IMG/VR virus record: IMGVR_UViG_3300045988_109049
Length of the DNA stretch: 64,000 bases
Reading direction: 5' to 3' (one strand)
Origin: a virus
Notes under the pieces: model-generated
What the model saw: the letters and a program-made list of their open reading frames with translations, nothing else
Databases searched by the model: none
Told to the model about the DNA's origin: nothing
Translations under genes and position numbers: made by a program
In this document: in pieces, positions 20,474 to 31,259 of the stretch
Numbering within the stretch: the first letter of the stretch is position 1
Layout of the letters: each line of letters begins with the position of its first letter

Positions 20474-22438
20474 ATCGTAGGGTGTTACAGTAATTAACAC
20501 CTTGAATAATAAGTCATTACGTCTTAAGTATTCAAAAAAGTTTATCATGCTTACCTTATAACACAATGCTCCAGTATGCTGTATTCTGTAGTTGATAGAT
20601 TGCTTCTCAGAATCTACTTTCCTCTTGAAATACTCCTTAACCATCCTTACTGTATCACAGTCAGGAGAGCTAATCTTCATATCCCTATAATAATCCCAAA
20701 ATCCAGGTTCTTTAAATCTAGCTCTTACCTTAGCCATCCAGTTAAAGTCGTAGATGTAAGCCTTATACCCAACTTTAGGATTAAGGAGAATATAACCTTT
20801 CTGCATAACATCTTTTCTACAGAAGTCTTGATAAGTTTTAATACCTCTAAAACCCGACATATAAGCATTATATATCTTCTTAGCCTCTTCTATAGGTATT
20901 CCCTTATTATTAGATATAGTATTAGCATCACCTCCATAATTAATAGCAAATTCGATACCTTTAGCCTCATTCCTAAGAGAATGATACTTTTTCTTTATCT
21001 CATTTATAGGGATATCTCTAGGTATTTCTTTATAAGACATATATGCAGTCAAGCTATGTATATCTCCACTACCATGAATAAGCTCCTCTATAATTGCCTT
21101 ATCATTAGCAATATCAGCTAAAATATAAGTTTCTTGACCAGAATAATCAATACTTACCCACTTGTTACCATCCTCAGCTATAAAACAAGCTCTAGTTTCA
21201 GCATCAGCAGGCATATTAAGCATGTTTATATACTCAACCTTAGCTGACTTGTCCTTACCACCTGAGCTTATCCTTGCTGTATCCGTGCCCAATGAATTAA
21301 AGTTGGTATATAGCCTTCCAGTATCCCTATCTATCTGTTTAAGTACATTTGCCCCATAGGTACTGCACAGCTTCTTCATTTCCTTATACCTTATATATAA
21401 GGGAACAAGACTGCACTTATCTTTCTGAGGACCTAGTACCTTAGCTCCTATACTGTCCTTATCCTCATCATCTTCTTTATCCAGAGCAGTGGTATCGACT
21501 CCATATTTCTTGAATAAGGGGATAACTTGTTTAGGACTATTCCAATTGAGAGTTACCTGTGGTTCAATATTAAAACCTGAAAATAGATTACCTTGCCTAT
21601 CTATCTTAATGTATTTTGAGTCAGGCTCATGCTCTATAAGCCACTTATCCATTTCACTTTTGATACTATTAAGAACAGATTGATCATGTTCCATCTTCTT
21701 TTGCCACCTATCTCTATCTATTCTTATACCACAATAGCACATGTAAGCAATAGGAAGTATAGCCTTATTTTCATACTCCATGGCAGTAAGAAGTCCTTGC
21801 TTCTCCAATTGTTTCAGTTGTAATTCTCGTATCTTCTCAAGGTACTTTACATCATTAGCAGCATAAACTATAACATCTCCTGTAAGGCCTTTATAGATGA
21901 TTTGTCCTCTTATAGACTTATCCAGTTCTATTCCAAGGTACATTTCACCTAACTTCTTCAGATTCATATACAAGATATACTTAGCTTTCGAGCCTTTCTT
22001 GCTAGGGTCTGCTGGTATATAGTCATACCTAGAACACTGTATTTTATCCCATACTTCTGGACTTAGTACAGTAGGGTAACCCAACCACATTAATTTCTCT
22101 GCTAGAAATAAGTCATAGACATTACGAGGAACTATATGATATTTATAAAGCCACTGTAGGTCAAACTTAGCATTATGAAATAAGAAAAGCCTATCAGATT
22201 CAAGATAGTTTTCATATAAAGTAATATCTGTAGTAAGACAATCTATTACTACTTGAAAATCAAAGCACCCTAATTGCAATGACAAGAGCTTATCCTTATG
22301 ACAACTTAATCCACTAGTCTCGGTATCAACTCCTACAATTCTAAGAGGTTTAAGTAGGGATAGACTCTCGTCTACCCCTATTATTTTGTACTTCTCAGGT
22401 TCAAATAATTCTATATTTTTCGTAACTACATATATCAT
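20474..22438 (-). CDS. polA: Family A DNA polymerase with 3'-5' exonuclease domain, exon 1
   Basis: ExoI VGVDTETSGL, motif A SIDYSGQETYILA, motif B RNEAKGIEFAINYGG. The ORF stops one codon past the motif C Asp. Confidence 0.85.
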
Positions 22439-22707
22439 TATTCAAATATTATAATATGTCCATACCCTATTGAATAAATAATAGACTTAACAACTGCTCC
22501 AGCTTCTTTCAGGAACTCTCCTTCTATTATCATAGGACCTCCTGGTGGGGAAATAAATCTCTTAGTCTCCTCTACATATCCAGATTTCACATTTATATAA
22601 TCGTGCTTCAATACATAGGTTTTGGAATCTTTTCCACTCATATTCTTGAGTTTTCTTAGACAATTATCTATTCCTCCCCTAGAATTAAGTTTTATTATGT
22701 TATCCAT
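22438..22707 (-). CDS. Hypothetical protein
   Basis: ORF track; start/stop coupling with both neighbours. Confidence 0.4.
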   Translation of the reverse strand: MDNIIKLNSRGGIDNCLRKLKNMSGKDSKTYVLKHDYINVKSGYVEETKRFISPPGGPMIIEGEFLKEAGAVVKSIIYSIGYGHIIIFE

Positions 22708-23195
22708 TATTTCATATATGCTATCAAGTTTTTGAAATCAATGACATACTTATATTTTTCAAAGAATCTACTTCCTAAGATTCCATGGAGTTGTACACCG
22801 GATTCTTGCTTAATCACCTTGAATGCTGCATCTAAATCAGCCATACTGAACTCTTCTTCGAATTTTTTCCTTTTATATGTTACTGTAATTTTGCAAGAGC
22901 CAGTACTAACTTCATTTCCTTCAAATCCTACTACGCTAGATTCCCTATCAATGATTTCATGGTCTAGAAGAGGTAAAACAGAACTGTTTATATAGGATAA
23001 ATTACTACCTGTGTCCAATAGAAAATTTAATTTCTTTCTATTACAGTTAAATGTTGCTACTGGTAGCTCTGTTAAATCCATAGATTCTTTAAAGGAGATT
23101 TTACTATTGTTTCTATTCCTTACTTCCATGATGGTATTAGCAATAAAAGCTACTGCTAATACCATTAATATCACGATTATTATATCTAATATCAT
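22707..23195 (-). CDS. Membrane-anchored retropepsin-like aspartic protease
   Basis: N-terminal TM helix ILDIIIVILMVLAVAFIANTI, then FLLDTGSNLSYI (D-T/S-G active-site loop) and GILGSRFF (the ILG flap-region motif of clan AA). Confidence 0.5.
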   Translation of the reverse strand: MILDIIIVILMVLAVAFIANTIMEVRNRNNSKISFKESMDLTELPVATFNCNRKKLNFLLDTGSNLSYINSSVLPLLDHEIIDRESSVVGFEGNEVSTGSCKITVTYKRKKFEEEFSMADLDAAFKVIKQESGVQLHGILGSRFFEKYKYVIDFKNLIAYMK

Positions 23196-23218
23196 GCCTC
23201 ATAATTTTTTTTTAGTTA

Positions 23219-23758
23219 TTATCTAAGTCCAGTGGAACCAAGACCTCCTCTTTGTTTTCCTTCCAGATTCTCTACCTCAACTAATTTTATTCCAGAACTT
23301 AATAGCCATTTTAACTTCTGCCATATAGAAGCATGTTGGCTAAGTCCGATTTCAAATTGACAGATTCTGTCCCCCCTTTTAATAGAGGTTTCTCTCAATG
23401 GGGAGCAGATATAGTTCCACTCATCCTCTTCTCCTTTATAGAGATTATCTACAAAACCCAAACCATTAGGGATAAACAATCCTACCTTTCTAGGTGTGCT
23501 ACTCCTTGACAGTATTTTAGCTGTAAATCCTTTTGGTAATTCCATAGCTACCCCAAGTGGCACATAATAAGTTTCCATTGTTACATTTCTATATCCAACT
23601 TCATTTCCATCTTGATCTACTCTTCTCTTGAGAGTGCCTGATTGAGGGGCTGGAATATTCATATTTACAGCACTTCTTAAATCAATACAGTCTCCAAGTT
23701 TATTAATTTCAGGCATACAACCATCTACTAATACTTTTACCTTTATCTTAAGTTTCAT
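23219..23758 (-). CDS. dut: dUTPase
   Basis: Motifs GDCIDLRS (I), SRSS (II), GFVDNLYKGE (III) and GDRICQFEI (IV). There is an insertion between motifs I and II. Confidence 0.7.
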   Translation of the reverse strand: MKLKIKVKVLVDGCMPEINKLGDCIDLRSAVNMNIPAPQSGTLKRRVDQDGNEVGYRNVTMETYYVPLGVAMELPKGFTAKILSRSSTPRKVGLFIPNGLGFVDNLYKGEEDEWNYICSPLRETSIKRGDRICQFEIGLSQHASIWQKLKWLLSSGIKLVEVENLEGKQRGGLGSTGLR

Positions 23759-23781
23759 ATTTATTCTATATTTTTTTATTA

Positions 23782-23997
23782 TTAAAACAAATAATTATAA
23801 TCTACTATATGAGGAGGAGTCAAAGCTCTCTTCTTTTTAAACATAATTTTATTTCCTGTCATAAAAGAGATGCTATCTACGTTATATCCTATAGTTTCAA
23901 GGTACTCCTCTACATTATCTATTTTATTAGCCACCTCTTCTGGTATTTTTATACAATCCACGGTGGAACTTTGATGATCCAATACTACAATTTCCAT
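23782..23997 (-). CDS. Hypothetical small protein
   Basis: ORF track. Confidence 0.4.
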   Translation of the reverse strand: MEIVVLDHQSSTVDCIKIPEEVANKIDNVEEYLETIGYNVDSISFMTGNKIMFKKKRALTPPHIVDYNYLF

Positions 23998-24014
23998 AAT
24001 TAAATAGTTATTAG

Positions 24015-26579
24015 TTAATCACATCTTGAATAACCACAATTCATGCAGTGTGTACAACCTCCATCTCTAACTAGGTTTCCTCCACACTCTGGGCACACTT
24101 CTCCTTTAATCTCTGAAGATTTAATATACTTGGCTAATATTCTACACATGGCAGAACTGAAGGAAGTTATATTATCATTTACTTTTTTGGCTGTTTTAGT
24201 AATAAATTCAATGCTAACTCCATGTCTTAATAGCATTGATGAATACAAAGTAGCAGCTTTCTCCTCTATATTAGTATTAGCCAATTGTAAATCAGATAAT
24301 TGAATAAATTTACTATCAAAGCTGTAATGCATTTTACCCTTCTTGATAATCTTTCCTTTGTGGGGAGGAATATCGATAGGTCTCAGAGGTCTGAATGCAA
24401 AAACCTCATAAGGCTTCCCTTCTAATAGTCCTACAAGAACGATAAATTGCTCCCCCTTTACTCTGACTTGATGATAGTCAGCCTCGAGCTCTTTAGGTCT
24501 TTTAGGAGCCTGTCTATTATCTATTATAGCAGGCTTTTCTATCTTATTCAGAACTCCTTCTCTGCAGCCATCTCTGTATATAGTTTGTCCTTTGTTTCCA
24601 GTCTTCCATGCTTCTATATAGATATCAGCAATTTCTTCCTCAGTAATTTCTTTTGGGAGATTTATAGTAGAACTGATGCTATGGGTAATATATTTCTGTA
24701 TAATACCCTGCAACTTAATTCTCTGTCTCCAATTAATTTCTGATGCGGTAGATCCATAATAAGGACTATCCTTGAAAGCTATTTTGAGATACTCTATATC
24801 CTGTAACCTCTCCAGATATTCATTACTATTAAAGTTACCTCCAAATGTAGAAAAGCAAAGCCACTTTGCTAGATTAGGATGAACCACGGTAAATAGGGTA
24901 TATTTCTCCCCCTTCACATCTGTGTAGTCGGCTCTGTCATTAGGAGACATACATTTTCTTTTTCTTTCATAGAAAGGTAAAAACACAGGTTCAATACCAG
25001 AAGAACATTGAGCCATAATACTCACAGTACCTGTAGGTGCGACGGTTGACCAGCTTATATTCCTTCGACCATAACATCTCATTTTAGCAGTTGTTGAGGT
25101 GAAATTTTCATTAATGAAATTATACCACTCATTCTTACCAAAAACAAGTGATTCTTTGGTTTCAAACTCCTTGGATGCATCCCAGGCTGGGAATGCTCCT
25201 CTTTCAATAGCCATATCTATTTGAGCATCAAACTGACCATTGAATATAATCTTCATCAGTTGCTCTACATTTTCAATACCCTCGTCAGAGTCATATTTCA
25301 ATCCTAACATAGCTATGGCATCTGCTAACCCAGTAAACCCAAGACCTGCTCTTCTACCTCTTCTAGTAGTCTCCTTTATCCTATTCCACAGATTAAATTC
25401 TACAAAATCTTTTTCATCTTTAACTACATTTATGATTTTATCTATGGCTTCCAGTTCAAGATCTACTAAGTCATCTGCTAATCTCATAGCTTCATAAGAA
25501 TGTTTGTAGAGTAATTCTTCATTGATATGTGCCATATCTGTAAATGGATCTACTATGTAACTTGTTAAATTAATATGAATTAATCTACAACTATCAAAGG
25601 GACCCATTGGTATTTCACCGCAAGGATTTGTCCCGATCATCTTAAATTCTTCATAAACACCATCAGGAGCATAATTATGCATGGTACTTTCAAATATTAT
25701 TCCAGGTTCTGCAGTATTATATGCACAATGCATTAGAGTATTCCATAATTTTCTTGCTTTAATCTTTTTCAGATAAACCCTCTTATCAACGGAAAGAGAT
25801 TCTCCAATACAAAGCAACTTGTCATATTCCATCTCCTCTAGTTGTGATGGACTATAGTTAGTATATACTGGCCATCTAAGCAAATAATCCTTATCATCAA
25901 CTACTGCTTTCATAAATTCATCTGTAACCTTCACACTGATATTAGCACCAGTCACTTTAGTAAGATCTTGTTTCTTAGTGATAAATTCCTCAATATCAGG
26001 ATGATTTATATTTATACTTAACATTAAAGCTCCCCTACGGCCTCCTTGTGCTACCTCATTAGTAATATCAGAACATACTTCCATGAAAGAGGCTGCCCCT
26101 GTAGATACCTTTGCAGCATTATTTACTTTAGTTCCTCTTGGTCTCAAGTTGGATAGATCATAGCCAACACCTCCTCGTCTTTTCATAAGTTGAACCTGTT
26201 GACTTCTAGTATTCATTATGCTAGAATAACTATCTTCTGGAGATCCTATTACAAAGCAGTTAGATAAAGAGACTAATTTTCCTGTGCCTAATCCAGACAT
26301 GACAGAACCTCCAGGGATTACATACTTAAATCTTTTAAACAATTCGTATATATCCTCCTCTTTTAGCTCTTTCCTATTATATCCATAAGAGGATAACATT
26401 AATTTGTCCTTTTGACTGATAGAAGTATTATCTGCATATTCCCTCTCTATTCTACCAAATTCCTTAGCAAGTCTTCTATGCATATCATCAGGAGTTCTCT
26501 CTCCTTCCATAGCATACTTGTTTTTCCATGTAGAAGCTGCTAACTCATCTCCATTAAAGTAATTTAATAAATCATTCAT
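24015..26579 (-). CDS. nrdJ: Ribonucleotide reductase, class II (B12-dependent)-like
   Basis: TNPCGEIPM is the active-site Cys loop. C-terminal CPECGG...CTHCMNCG is a zinc ribbon. No NrdB-like partner is present in the window. A thioredoxin gene is nearby. Confidence 0.75.
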   Translation of the reverse strand: MNDLLNYFNGDELAASTWKNKYAMEGERTPDDMHRRLAKEFGRIEREYADNTSISQKDKLMLSSYGYNRKELKEEDIYELFKRFKYVIPGGSVMSGLGTGKLVSLSNCFVIGSPEDSYSSIMNTRSQQVQLMKRRGGVGYDLSNLRPRGTKVNNAAKVSTGAASFMEVCSDITNEVAQGGRRGALMLSININHPDIEEFITKKQDLTKVTGANISVKVTDEFMKAVVDDKDYLLRWPVYTNYSPSQLEEMEYDKLLCIGESLSVDKRVYLKKIKARKLWNTLMHCAYNTAEPGIIFESTMHNYAPDGVYEEFKMIGTNPCGEIPMGPFDSCRLIHINLTSYIVDPFTDMAHINEELLYKHSYEAMRLADDLVDLELEAIDKIINVVKDEKDFVEFNLWNRIKETTRRGRRAGLGFTGLADAIAMLGLKYDSDEGIENVEQLMKIIFNGQFDAQIDMAIERGAFPAWDASKEFETKESLVFGKNEWYNFINENFTSTTAKMRCYGRRNISWSTVAPTGTVSIMAQCSSGIEPVFLPFYERKRKCMSPNDRADYTDVKGEKYTLFTVVHPNLAKWLCFSTFGGNFNSNEYLERLQDIEYLKIAFKDSPYYGSTASEINWRQRIKLQGIIQKYITHSISSTINLPKEITEEEIADIYIEAWKTGNKGQTIYRDGCREGVLNKIEKPAIIDNRQAPKRPKELEADYHQVRVKGEQFIVLVGLLEGKPYEVFAFRPLRPIDIPPHKGKIIKKGKMHYSFDSKFIQLSDLQLANTNIEEKAATLYSSMLLRHGVSIEFITKTAKKVNDNITSFSSAMCRILAKYIKSSEIKGEVCPECGGNLVRDGGCTHCMNCGYSRCD

Positions 26580-27612
26580 TATTTAACCAATCTGTTATCA
26601 TGTTAGTTTTTGAAATATTTATAGGATATTCTACATTATTAGTAGAATAATGGTGGAGCTCTGATACTATCTTACTCCAATGCCTACATAAGTATTGCTT
26701 GTTTCTTCCATAGATGTGATCTTCAAATCCAACAGTATCCTCATATATCCATATGAGAGGTTTTTTATTATATTTATTGATTACTATAAATCTGTAATCT
26801 AATAATCTATAATTCTTATAAAGATCATCCTTATCTAGAGTTTGCCTTATAAGATACCAATAAAGCTGAGCTTGTATCCAATAATTCCAGTCTATAAAAG
26901 ATTTATAAAATTCCCATTCATTCTTTCCAGATGTTTTTAAATCACAAGGTATAATGGATTTATCCTTATGATTAACTACTAGTAAGTCCGCCATACATCT
27001 CAATGGGATCCCATTCCATTCTCCTTTGAACTTTAATTGATAAAACCTCTCTATTTCAGGATTAAATGGGTTATTAGGTTCAAAGTACCACTTAGTCATT
27101 CTATGTGTTTTCAATACTTCTACACATTCACAGGCACTTATGTAATCTTTAGTTGATACTAATGTTTTATCTTTGGATAAAAATAATAGAGAGTAATAAT
27201 CTCTACACTCTTCTTTTATCTTTCTTATTCTATAGGAGGCATACTTAGGATTGGAATAATATCCACAAGATTCCCCAATACTTGATATAATACTGTCTGG
27301 TATTTGCTCTATACTACTATAAGATTCATGGCATGTATTGAATAGCATTTTGGCTACCTGAGCCAGAGAGTCACTAATGTTAGGAAGTTCAGCTACCTCA
27401 TATCTTTTATTGAACTCTTCTTGACCATCTGTAAGAAGAGTATCTACCATACTACCAAATAACAAAGAAGGAGTCTCTACTTTATCATATAAATTCCTCA
27501 AACCATTAAATCCTTCTCTGTTAAATCTAGCTATAGTGGAATAAGAATAGGCTTGATCGGACCTATATTCCTCCTCATTTACTTTCCACGAAATATCATA
27601 TAAAGACTTCAT
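26572..27612 (-). CDS. PD-(D/E)XK family nuclease (RecB/Cas4-like exonuclease)
   Basis: MADLLVV...IIPCDLKTSG fits the D...(D/E)xK motif. ATG at 27612 (MKSLYDISW) is preferred over the TTG at 27645. Confidence 0.5.
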   Translation of the reverse strand: MKSLYDISWKVNEEEYRSDQAYSYSTIARFNREGFNGLRNLYDKVETPSLLFGSMVDTLLTDGQEEFNKRYEVAELPNISDSLAQVAKMLFNTCHESYSSIEQIPDSIISSIGESCGYYSNPKYASYRIRKIKEECRDYYSLLFLSKDKTLVSTKDYISACECVEVLKTHRMTKWYFEPNNPFNPEIERFYQLKFKGEWNGIPLRCMADLLVVNHKDKSIIPCDLKTSGKNEWEFYKSFIDWNYWIQAQLYWYLIRQTLDKDDLYKNYRLLDYRFIVINKYNKKPLIWIYEDTVGFEDHIYGRNKQYLCRHWSKIVSELHHYSTNNVEYPINISKTNMITDWLNNE

Positions 27613-27889
27613 AATCCGAATTATTAAAATCATTGGGCAATTCAAGCCTCATTAAATACACATCTACTTCAGATTTGAGTATATGTAAACCTTCTAGATC
27701 AATTTTAGCATATTCTGGTCTTGGGTGTTCACTAGTCACATTCTTTTTTACTTTAAGTATTGCCGAATCTACTAACTCTTTTAATGAAGAGAAATCTCGA
27801 CTGTCTAAGAATTTGTAACCCAAGTTAATATCTTTTTCAGGAAGTAAACTAATTAATTTTCTAATTCTCTCTACTGGTGTACTATTCAT
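27596..27889 (-). CDS. Hypothetical protein
   Basis: ORF track. Confidence 0.4.
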   Translation of the reverse strand: MNSTPVERIRKLISLLPEKDINLGYKFLDSRDFSSLKELVDSAILKVKKNVTSEHPRPEYAKIDLEGLHILKSEVDVYLMRLELPNDFNNSDYEVFI

Positions 27890-28379
27890 AATTCTTTATA
27901 ATTTCTATTGCTTGAAGAAGCTGTTTCTTAGTATATACCTCAAAATAAATAGATTTCTCTCCTTTTTCTAGGTGTAATCTATCTAGGTAATGCAGAAACA
28001 TCTTCTTTTTAATATAGAATACATCATTCTCTATCCCTTTGGCTTCAATATACACATTGAGATTATTATACTTAAAATAGAAATCTGGAGTATATCTAAT
28101 ACCTACCAATTTTCCAGTCTTCTGTACTAGCATCCTCGATGGACAATTATTTACCCCCTCCTCAAGTCTCTTGGCTACCTGTCTATCTGTCTCCTTATCA
28201 TAATAAGGGGTTATTGGTTGGAACCCCTCCCATAAAGTAAAAGTCTTAGGCTCATATTGAGGATTGAATCCATGTTGCAGAAGGATATTATAAAATCTCT
28301 TCTCTATAACACTCTTAAAGGTAATGCTACTATCCTTGCAGACAGTAGCATTCCTTATCTTTTTATTTGCAGTTTTCAT
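27882..28379 (-). CDS. T7 endonuclease I-like PD-(D/E)XK nuclease (junction resolvase candidate)
   Basis: IRYTPDFYF...VYIEAKG matches the PDF...E-x-K core of the phage endonuclease I family. Confidence 0.5.
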   Translation of the reverse strand: MKTANKKIRNATVCKDSSITFKSVIEKRFYNILLQHGFNPQYEPKTFTLWEGFQPITPYYDKETDRQVAKRLEEGVNNCPSRMLVQKTGKLVGIRYTPDFYFKYNNLNVYIEAKGIENDVFYIKKKMFLHYLDRLHLEKGEKSIYFEVYTKKQLLQAIEIIKNYE

Positions 28380-28954
28380 TTAAAGTCAAAACATTCTTGC
28401 GTTAGCAAATTTTGAAGCTCTTCCAATAATCCAAGAGCAATTTGGGCTTCTCTGGCAGATCTGAAAGCAGCGAAGTTTTTGTAATCCTTGATACATCCTT
28501 TTCTCAGGTTATAAACTTTCATACTAATTATATCTACCATATATATGTCAGGGCTATTACTAATATGATCTTCATAATTGGCATCTAGATCGATAGCTAT
28601 TTCCCTTAAGAACATAGTATATAGTGAAGCTGGACAAATATTAAGTAAGGTAAAAAGGAATTCCATAGAATTCTCTTCATTTAGACTGGATTTTTGGCAT
28701 ATTTTCCTAAGATAATACTCTACATCTTTTTCAGATTTAAGGGGTCCTTCTTCTAGATCTTCTCTCTCTACTATTAAACCTTTTTTAATTAGTTTACTTA
28801 TGCTATTAGAAAGTACAATAAATTCTTGAATTACAGAAAAGTAATCTCCCCTACGTACTCTTCTTATAACGTCACCCATTTTTACTTCTTCACCTGCTTT
28901 AGTGTAATACCTTTTCTTATTCATATTTTTCTGTTTAATGTCAATATTCTTCAT
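28376..28954 (-). CDS. Hypothetical protein
   Basis: ORF track. Confidence 0.4.
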   Translation of the reverse strand: MKNIDIKQKNMNKKRYYTKAGEEVKMGDVIRRVRRGDYFSVIQEFIVLSNSISKLIKKGLIVEREDLEEGPLKSEKDVEYYLRKICQKSSLNEENSMEFLFTLLNICPASLYTMFLREIAIDLDANYEDHISNSPDIYMVDIISMKVYNLRKGCIKDYKNFAAFRSAREAQIALGLLEELQNLLTQECFDFK

Positions 28955-29432
28955 ACCATTTTATGGAATACCCATAAATATCTCTTAATTTTTTATCTAT
29001 TTCATCAAATAGATAATGAGGCATCTTTGTCCCACTCCTTGCAAAGTATGCAGGATGCTCAATTTTTAAAATGTGATTAAATCTTTTATTAATATATAGA
29101 TCAAATGTTTGAGCTTGCTTACCGAATAATACATATATAATGGAACAAGAACATTCAGATAGATTCTTTAATAGTTTGGCTATGAATGGTCTCCAAACCA
29201 TGACATGAGAACCTATTTTATTCATCTCCACTGTGAGGGCAGAATTAATCATTAATATACCCTGCTTGGCCCAACTCTCTAAAGTTTGGTCAAAGATAAT
29301 ATTATTGTGGGGAATTTCAAAATCTATTACTGCTTCTTTTATCACTTGAAGAGAAGGAGATAAATTCTCTTCTAAGACTTCCTTCCTATTTCCAAATAAT
29401 ACACCAGTGGCTATTCCTTTCTGGGGATAAGG
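28941..29432 (-). CDS. ung: Uracil-DNA glycosylase (family 1-like), exon 2
   Basis: PYPQKGIATGVLF completes GQD|PY. Also present: NSALTVE..GSH, LFGKQAQ and EHPAYFARSG (compare HPSPLS). Confidence 0.8.
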   Translation of the reverse strand, partial: PYPQKGIATGVLFGNRKEVLEENLSPSLQVIKEAVIDFEIPHNNIIFDQTLESWAKQGILMINSALTVEMNKIGSHVMVWRPFIAKLLKNLSECSCSIIYVLFGKQAQTFDLYINKRFNHILKIEHPAYFARSGTKMPHYLFDEIDKKLRDIYGYSIKWYEEY

Positions 29433-30366
29433 CAATTTGTTACCCTAACAGCTCTTTATCTGTTAGTTCTATATGTTACCATATAGTTCGGACTATATCT
29501 TCATTGTTTACAATGCAGGGCACTCGTGTCAGGTTTATTATTTGAGCTATTCACCTGTTAGTCTCTGAACCTTCTACATACTTTTATGCTCTTCTGTAGC
29601 TTGGCTGCTGATTGACTCATTAAGTTGTTCCAGCAATTCACCCTGTTTATCCAGAACCCTTCTTTTACTATAAGTAATTAATTTATACTGCATAGATGGA
29701 ATAACAAAATCTTTAATCAGCTCTACAAATTTAGGAAAATCCTTAGCTTGCAGATACATACTATTATCATGCTTGCCTACAGTAAAATGTAAATCAAATT
29801 TATCTAATAATATATTAGCTAATAAAGATTGTTCTTCTAAAGTAAAAGAACAAGTAGATAAGATACATGAATTTTTAGTTACATAACCATCGTCCATATA
29901 CCATATAGCTAAACCTAAAGTATCCATATCTTTTACAAATTCTTCAAAAACTCTTTTATGACCATTAGAATCATAGTATTTTAATCTTATATTTGTAAAG
30001 ATAGGATGTAATCTAGATTTAAATCTATACCCTACTAATTCGTGTGAATATCTTTTATTATTTATATGATACTCAACTATAGGAGATACTAAATTATACT
30101 TATTTAGTATATTCCATTTATACTCAAGATATTCTTTTTGTTTTTCAGAATGTGCTATACTAAGACACATATTCTTAGTTTTACTTCCTACTGAACAAAA
30201 ACATCCATCTCCTAATAAACTTCCTATAAGAAGTTGTTTTAAGTCATTACCCATTTCTAAATCTTTATGATTCTTCATACTATCAAAATTTTTAATAGTA
30301 CAAAGATAAGGTATTTGACCTAATATTACAATACTTTAAGTAAATTATTTATAGTTACTTATTAAA
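29433..30366 (-). mobile_element. Group I intron in the UDG catalytic GQDPY motif
   Basis: The 5' exon ends in gaT (30367) and the intron ends in aaattG (29433). Q caatcagcagccaag lies at 29600-29613, R ggttcagagacta at 29559-29571 and S aagatatagtc at 29491-29501. These are followed by a GUAA hairpin, a second hairpin and ggtaacaaattg. Confidence 0.85.
29574..30278 (-). CDS. Intron-encoded LAGLIDADG homing endonuclease
   Basis: LLIGSLLGDGCF and LAIWYMDDGYV are the two LAGLIDADG motifs. Confidence 0.8.
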   Translation of the reverse strand: MKNHKDLEMGNDLKQLLIGSLLGDGCFCSVGSKTKNMCLSIAHSEKQKEYLEYKWNILNKYNLVSPIVEYHINNKRYSHELVGYRFKSRLHPIFTNIRLKYYDSNGHKRVFEEFVKDMDTLGLAIWYMDDGYVTKNSCILSTCSFTLEEQSLLANILLDKFDLHFTVGKHDNSMYLQAKDFPKFVELIKDFVIPSMQYKLITYSKRRVLDKQGELLEQLNESISSQATEEHKSM

Positions 30367-30552
30367 ATCCTGTCCCAGAAACACTACCTTCAAATCCTCG
30401 AATAGACATAACTTAAAAGCCCTAAACACATCAGTTTGCTTAGGGCATACAGACTTTATCATATACTCCTTAGATAATATATTCATTACATGATTAAGCT
30501 CTACTTTATCAATGACCTTCATCCAACCTCCAAAATATTCTTCTGTCGTCAT
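30367..30552 (-). CDS. ung: Uracil-DNA glycosylase, exon 1 (62 aa)
   Basis: Ends ...VVFLGQD. The next three codons and the stop are intronic. Confidence 0.8.
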
Positions 30553-31259
30553 TCCAGTGCTAGTAAATCGTCTATATTATTTTCTAAAAGATTATTTAGA
30601 GATTCATTTATATCTTCACCTTGAGGTGGAGGAATAGTCTTTATGAACTCTTCAGCATTATCTATTTTAACTTCCACTTGGCTTAGGTATCCATAATCTG
30701 CCAATTCCGAAAGGAATGCAGGAATAACCCTTTTAATTATATGTTTCTCTAATATACCTGGTCTATCTAACAAGAATAGTGTCGGAGACACATGTACTAC
30801 TATCTTTCTAGTAGGAGCTAACCTGCGATCCTTCAATACGTAACAGGAGTTAACCATTAGTAACATATTCATGCATCTATCTAATATTATTCCTCTGCAT
30901 CCATAGTACACCTGATCTTTACAAGACACTTTACTCAAGGAGAATGAATCAAATAAGGCTCTAATTAATGAGCTATTTCCTAATGCAGTATTCTCTTTTG
31001 AGTTTAAGAACACAGGAGTAACTATTCTACATTTTCTTGACAACAACTCATCTAACTTACTCCCAGATAGTTTAGAGAATCGGCTCCTCAGTATAGTGGG
31101 AATCTCTATATTCATATCCTCTTTTAGAGTAGCTTCAACAAGAATTCTATACGGGTTTGTATTGTTAATTCCATATAGTGGAGGGGCAGATACTGAGGGT
31201 CCACTAATTAATATTGCTTTGTGTAAGTCCTTTATATATTTTCCTGAAAAAATCATCAT
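30549..31259 (-). CDS. Hypothetical protein, last gene of the E2-like/JAB/E1 operon
   Basis: Start overlaps the E1 stop (31256-31259) and stop overlaps the UDG start (30549-30552). No motif recognised. Confidence 0.45.
   Translation of the reverse strand: MMIFSGKYIKDLHKAILISGPSVSAPPLYGINNTNPYRILVEATLKEDMNIEIPTILRSRFSKLSGSKLDELLSRKCRIVTPVFLNSKENTALGNSSLIRALFDSFSLSKVSCKDQVYYGCRGIILDRCMNMLLMVNSCYVLKDRRLAPTRKIVVHVSPTLFLLDRPGILEKHIIKRVIPAFLSELADYGYLSQVEVKIDNAEEFIKTIPPPQGEDINESLNNLLENNIDDLLALE

Noticed and set aside
20576-21121. 181-aa plus-strand ORF within PolA
   Set aside because: It is antisense to PolA motifs A and B, with an Ile/Ser/Leu-rich junk-like sequence.
24015-26579. Possible inteins in RNR, the DnaB-like helicase (39824-41014) and TerL (55677-57935), which are common intein hosts
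   Set aside because: No insertion with Cys/Ser-start and His-Asn-end blocks or embedded LAGLIDADG motifs was seen. The proteins read as continuous domains.
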